Source of the DNA: Candidatus Eremiobacteria bacterium
GTDB lineage: Bacteria; Vulcanimicrobiota; Vulcanimicrobiia; Vulcanimicrobiales; Vulcanimicrobiaceae
Reading direction: 5' to 3'
DNA length: 64,000 nt
Assembly (NCBI GenBank): GCA_963737065.1
Contig: CAVTRC010000001.1
Span: 2,433,064-2,497,063, forward strand
Shown piece by piece: positions 60,292 through 64,000 of this stretch (position 1 is its first letter; the number at the start of each line of letters is the position of its first letter). The position numbers were made by a program, and so were the translations under genes. A model generated the notes under the pieces. That model had not been told where the DNA came from. It made no database searches and saw only the letters and a program-made list of their open reading frames with translations.

Positions 60292-62019
60292 CTACCCGAC
60301 GAATGAGAGGCGGTCGGCATTCGTGCCGGCCGTCTCTTTTTGTGATCTGCCGGCGAAGTACGCGTTCATCGCGTACTGCGCGACCATGCGTTGCGTGTTG
60401 AAGAAGGAGCCGTTGAGCGCGATCGTGGAGCGCATCATCGCGACGTAGTCGTCCGGGCGGAGATAGAAGCGCGGAAGAATGTGCGTCTCAAGCTTGTCGT
60501 ACATGTCACCGTCGCGCAACGACCATCCGGTCACGCCCTCGACATGCCCTTCGATCCACCAGCCGTCGAGCGTTGAGAAGCTCGGCACGCCGTTCAGCGC
60601 GGCCTTCATGCCGCTCGTGCCCGATGCTTCCATCGGCGGCAGCGGCGTGTTCAGCCACAAGTCGACGCCCGCGGTCATCAGCGCACCGAGCGTCAAATCG
60701 TAGTTTTCGAGGTAGACGAATTTGAGCGCACCGCGCAGTCGTGCGGCTTCTTCGATAACACGCGCAATCTCGGCTTTGCCTGCCTCGTCTTTCGGATGCG
60801 CCTTCCCCGCGTAAATCAATTGAAACTCGCCGGCCTTCGCTGCGATCTCGCGTAGGCGCTTTGCATCTTCGAGGAACATGTGCGCGCGTTTGTACGTGGC
60901 GGCGCGGCGCGCGAACCCGATCGTGAACGCGTTCGGGTCGAAACGCACGCCGGTTCGCGCCTCGACTTCCGCGAGTAGCAATGCTTTCGCGGCCGCGTGT
61001 GCGTCACGAATCGCGTCGAGCGGAATGCCGACGGCGTAGCGCAAGTAATAATTGTCGCGTCGCCATTCGGGAATCTCGCGATCGTACAGGTCGGCGAACG
61101 CCCGTGACGTCCACGTTGCGGCGTGCACGCCATTGGTGATCGCGTGAATCGGGTAGCTGGGAAACATATCTCGCGATACGTCGCGATGCTTCATCGCAAC
61201 GCCGTTGATGTAGCGCGACCCTTGCAGCGCGAGGTACGTCATGTTCAACTGCCCGTCGTGCAGCCCATCGATCGAATCAATCAGATGAAGACGCCGTTCG
61301 CCGAGCACCTTGTGCACGAGGTCGACCATGAAACGGTCGTGTCCCGCCGGAACCGGCGTGTGTGTCGTGAAGACGCAGCAATCGCGCACCGCGGCGAGAT
61401 CGTGTTTATCGGCGGTGACCGGCTCGACATCGCGTTCGCGTAAGCGCTTCTCGAGCAACCCGACGACCAGCAGCGCCGCATGGCCCTCGTTGAGATGATA
61501 GCTGTCGATTGCGTTGTAGCCGAGCGCCTCGAGCATGCGTTCGCCCCCGAGGCCGAGCACCGCTTCTTGCGCGAGACGATACGCTGCGTCACCGCCGTAG
61601 AGACGATCGGTGAGCTTGCGATCGTCGGGATGATTCTCCGGCAGGTCCGTATCGAGCAGGTAGACCGGCAGCATTCCGCCCGTTACGCCGCGTATATCAT
61701 ACCGCCATGCGCCGATGCGAACGGGACGACCGTAGAGCGTAATGGTGACGACGGCATCGACACGCGCCGTACGCGTTGATGGTTGCCACGAATCTGCGCT
61801 TTCCGTTTGTTTTCCGGCGCTGTCGAGCGTTTGACGGAAATAGCCGTGACGATAAGCGAGGGAGACCGCCACCATGGGCAACTCCGCGTCGGCCGAAGAG
61901 CGCAAAAAATCGCCTGCGAGCACGCCGAGACCACCGCTATATGTGGGAATCGCCGGCTCCAGAGCGACTTCCATCGAAAGATAGGCAATGCGCGGATCCA
62001 CGCCTGCTTCATTGGCCAT
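60292..62019 (-). CDS. glgP: Alpha-glucan (glycogen) phosphorylase
   Basis: YSGGLGVLAGD, HLNEGH, FTTHTPVPAGHD, EASGTSGMKAALNG. Confidence 0.93.
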   Translation of the reverse strand: MANEAGVDPRIAYLSMEVALEPAIPTYSGGLGVLAGDFLRSSADAELPMVAVSLAYRHGYFRQTLDSAGKQTESADSWQPSTRTARVDAVVTITLYGRPVRIGAWRYDIRGVTGGMLPVYLLDTDLPENHPDDRKLTDRLYGGDAAYRLAQEAVLGLGGERMLEALGYNAIDSYHLNEGHAALLVVGLLEKRLRERDVEPVTADKHDLAAVRDCCVFTTHTPVPAGHDRFMVDLVHKVLGERRLHLIDSIDGLHDGQLNMTYLALQGSRYINGVAMKHRDVSRDMFPSYPIHAITNGVHAATWTSRAFADLYDREIPEWRRDNYYLRYAVGIPLDAIRDAHAAAKALLLAEVEARTGVRFDPNAFTIGFARRAATYKRAHMFLEDAKRLREIAAKAGEFQLIYAGKAHPKDEAGKAEIARVIEEAARLRGALKFVYLENYDLTLGALMTAGVDLWLNTPLPPMEASGTSGMKAALNGVPSFSTLDGWWIEGHVEGVTGWSLRDGDMYDKLETHILPRFYLRPDDYVAMMRSTIALNGSFFNTQRMVAQYAMNAYFAGRSQKETAGTNADRLSFVG

Positions 62020-62072
62020 AAAGCGCAAAAAACCAGTTCGCTTGAAAACCGTTGATTTGTTATAAAAACTTT

Positions 62073-62757
62073 ATGTTCGATGTAGAAGCACTGGAAACGT
62101 CGCTCGATGAGAAGGGATATTACCGCGCCGGGCGACTTCTCGATGATGCGGCGTGCCGTGACCTCATCGGCACGTACGATCAGGAAGAGCGATTTCGTAG
62201 CCGCGTCGTGATGGAGCGTCATAACTTCGGACGCGGCGAGTACAAATATTACGCGGATCCGCTTCCGCGATCCGTTCACCGCTTGCGTGCCGCTGCGTAC
62301 CCGCCGCTTGCAGCGATCGCAAACCGCTGGATGGATCGCATGAACATACGATTGCAATATCCCGACGCGCTCGATACGTTCCTTGCGCGTTGCGCGCAAG
62401 CCGGACAATCGCGTCCGACGCCGCTGATTCTCCGCTACGAATGCCGGCGGATACAACTGCTTGCATCAAGACCTCTACGGCGAACTCGCGTTTCCGCTGC
62501 AGATGGTCATCATGTTGAGTGACTCCGAGCGCGATTACGACGGCGGCGAGTTCGTGCTCGTCGAGCAGCGTCCCCGGATGCAGTCGAAGGCGAACGTCAT
62601 CCGCGCAACTCGCGGCGAAGCGATCGTGTTTTCAACCAACGAGCGCCCGGCTCGAGGCCGCTCGGGATACTACCGCGTGAAAATGCGCCACGGCGTCAGC
62701 GAAATCACGCGAGGCGAACGTTACGCGTTGGGAATCATCTTCCATAACGCGGCATAG
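62073..62757 (+). pseudogene. 2OG-Fe(II) oxygenase (DUF2086-like), frameshifted near 62440
   Basis: FGRGEYKY...RPTPLILRY then frame change to GGYNCLHQDLYGE...EQRPRMQS...RHGVS; one extra base in GAAT. Confidence 0.8.
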
Positions 62758-62767
62758 GAGATCAAAT

Positions 62768-63643
62768 ATGGTTGGGAATCCGTCGGCTGCCGCAGCCGGT
62801 CAGTTCACGGTCGGCGGCGACGTTGCGGTCAATCGTTTGGGGTTCGGCGCAATGCGCATTACGGGCCCCGGCGTCTGGGGCGATCCGAACGATCCGCAAG
62901 CCGCACGCGAAACGTTGCGAGCGCTGCGCGGGCTCGATATCAACTTCGTCGACACGGCAGACAGCTACGGTCCGTTCGTCAGCGAGAATCTCATTCGTGA
63001 AGAGTTGTATCCGTATGGCGGTATGCTGATCGCAACGAAGGGCGGATTTCTTCGAACCGGTCCCGAGGAGTGGACGATCGACGGGAAGCCGGAGTATCTG
63101 CGTCAATGCGTGTTGATGAGCTTGCGCCGTCTCCGCGTCGAACGCATCGATCTGTGGCAACTGCACCGCATCGACGATGATATTCCGCGCGACGAACAGT
63201 TCGGCGTCATCGCGGACATGCAAAAGGAAGGCTTGATTCGGCACGTCGGCTTGAGCGAAGTGAGCGTCGCCGATATCAAAGCTGCGCAAAAGCACTTTCC
63301 GGTTGTGACGGTGCAGAATCTCTACAATTTGGTGGAGCGGCGCAGCGAAGACGTGCTCGATTTCTGTGAAGCGGAGAACATCGGCTTCATTCCGTGGTAC
63401 CCGCTCGCTGCCGGCGATCTCGCCGAAGGCGATTCGCCGTTCGCGCAAATCGCAAAGCGCTTGAACATCACGCCGTCACAACTCGCACTCACCTGGATTC
63501 TCAAACGCTCGAATGTCATGCTACCGATTCCGGGCACCGGCAACCCGCAGCATCTGCGAGAGAACGTCGAGGCGGCGAGCATCACGCTCTCGGATGCGGA
63601 TTTCGCGTCCATCGACAAACAGGCAAAGCGGGGCTCCGGCTAG
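62768..63643 (+). CDS. Aldo/keto reductase
   Basis: [38 protein letters not shown]. Confidence 0.93.
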   Translation: MVGNPSAAAAGQFTVGGDVAVNRLGFGAMRITGPGVWGDPNDPQAARETLRALRGLDINFVDTADSYGPFVSENLIREELYPYGGMLIATKGGFLRTGPEEWTIDGKPEYLRQCVLMSLRRLRVERIDLWQLHRIDDDIPRDEQFGVIADMQKEGLIRHVGLSEVSVADIKAAQKHFPVVTVQNLYNLVERRSEDVLDFCEAENIGFIPWYPLAAGDLAEGDSPFAQIAKRLNITPSQLALTWILKRSNVMLPIPGTGNPQHLRENVEAASITLSDADFASIDKQAKRGSG

Positions 63644-63654
63644 ACCGGCATAGC

Positions 63655-63683
63655 TTGACACTGCGCTAACCAACGAGTACAAG
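63655..63683 (+). promoter_or_regulatory. Sigma70-type promoter for tRNA-Asn
   Basis: TTGACA-N17-TACAAG. Confidence 0.55.
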
Positions 63684-63726
63684 GATGAAGGTCCCCGGCC
63701 GCCAATAAGGCCGGGTCCTTCCGCGT

Positions 63727-63802
63727 TCCGGATTAGCTCAGTTGGTAGAGCAGCTGACTGTTAATCAGCGGGTCGCTGGTTCGAGTCCAGCATCCGGAGC
63801 CA
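63727..63802 (+). tRNA. tRNA-Asn (GTT), CCA encoded
   Basis: TCCGGATTAGCTCAGTTGGTAGAGCAGCTGACTGTTAATCAGCGGGTCGCTGGTTCGAGTCCAGCATCCGGAGCCA. Confidence 0.97.
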
Positions 63803-63808
63803 AAAATG

Positions 63809-63846
63809 AAAGACCGCGCCGAATTAGGGGTGGTCTTTTAATTTAT
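63809..63846 (+). terminator. Terminator-like hairpin after tRNA-Asn
   Basis: AAAGACCGC / GTGGTCTTT stem followed by an AT-rich tail. Confidence 0.55.
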
Positions 63847-64000
63847 CGTTTCGCATCGTCGCGACGGAACCAGCGAAGCTGGCGCGCGCAGGAAGCGTGC
63901 GTAGATTTCCAGCGACAGATCTCGCGGCGGGAAATCCATTCGAGTCCAGTCGCCGTAATCGAGTGAATCTCGCCGGTTTACACAAAGCCGGAGCGCTTTT

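Noticed and set aside
63742..64000. ORFs at the right edge
   Set aside because: The plus-strand ORF overlaps tRNA-Asn; the minus-strand open frames are too short and motif-free to call

Overview
GC-rich, gene-dense chromosome segment, mostly core genes, from a diderm bacterium (porin, TonB-dependent receptor, ADP-heptose epimerase) with Terrabacteria-type gene order (hrcA-dnaJ-rsmE with CIRCE, divIC-yabR-like, ymdB-spoVS). A lineage such as Eremiobacterota/Vulcanimicrobiota is plausible but inferred only. Contents include a PhoB/PhoR-like two-component system with pstB and a porin, tdh-kbl-tdk, a class C beta-lactamase and PNGase-A-like lipoprotein beside tRNA-fMet, acs, accDA, etfBA, an ECF sigma/anti-sigma/RseB operon, ahcY-metK, glgP and three tRNAs. 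No prophage, IS or CRISPR was found. Most striking: (1) two unlinked multi-pass membrane 'leader' ORFs end in ribosome-arrest-like motifs (RPPP, RAPP). In both, the codons at or just after the motif base-pair perfectly with the Shine-Dalgarno of the next gene, one of which is a TonB-dependent receptor. This is a candidate stalling-controlled, possibly metal-sensing, translational switch family. (2) tRNA-Leu(UAA) is split at the anticodon by a 274-nt group I intron at the classic cyanobacterial/plastid trnL position. (3) A candidate Pho box is shared by pstB and the porin. Several single-base lesions may be assembly errors.
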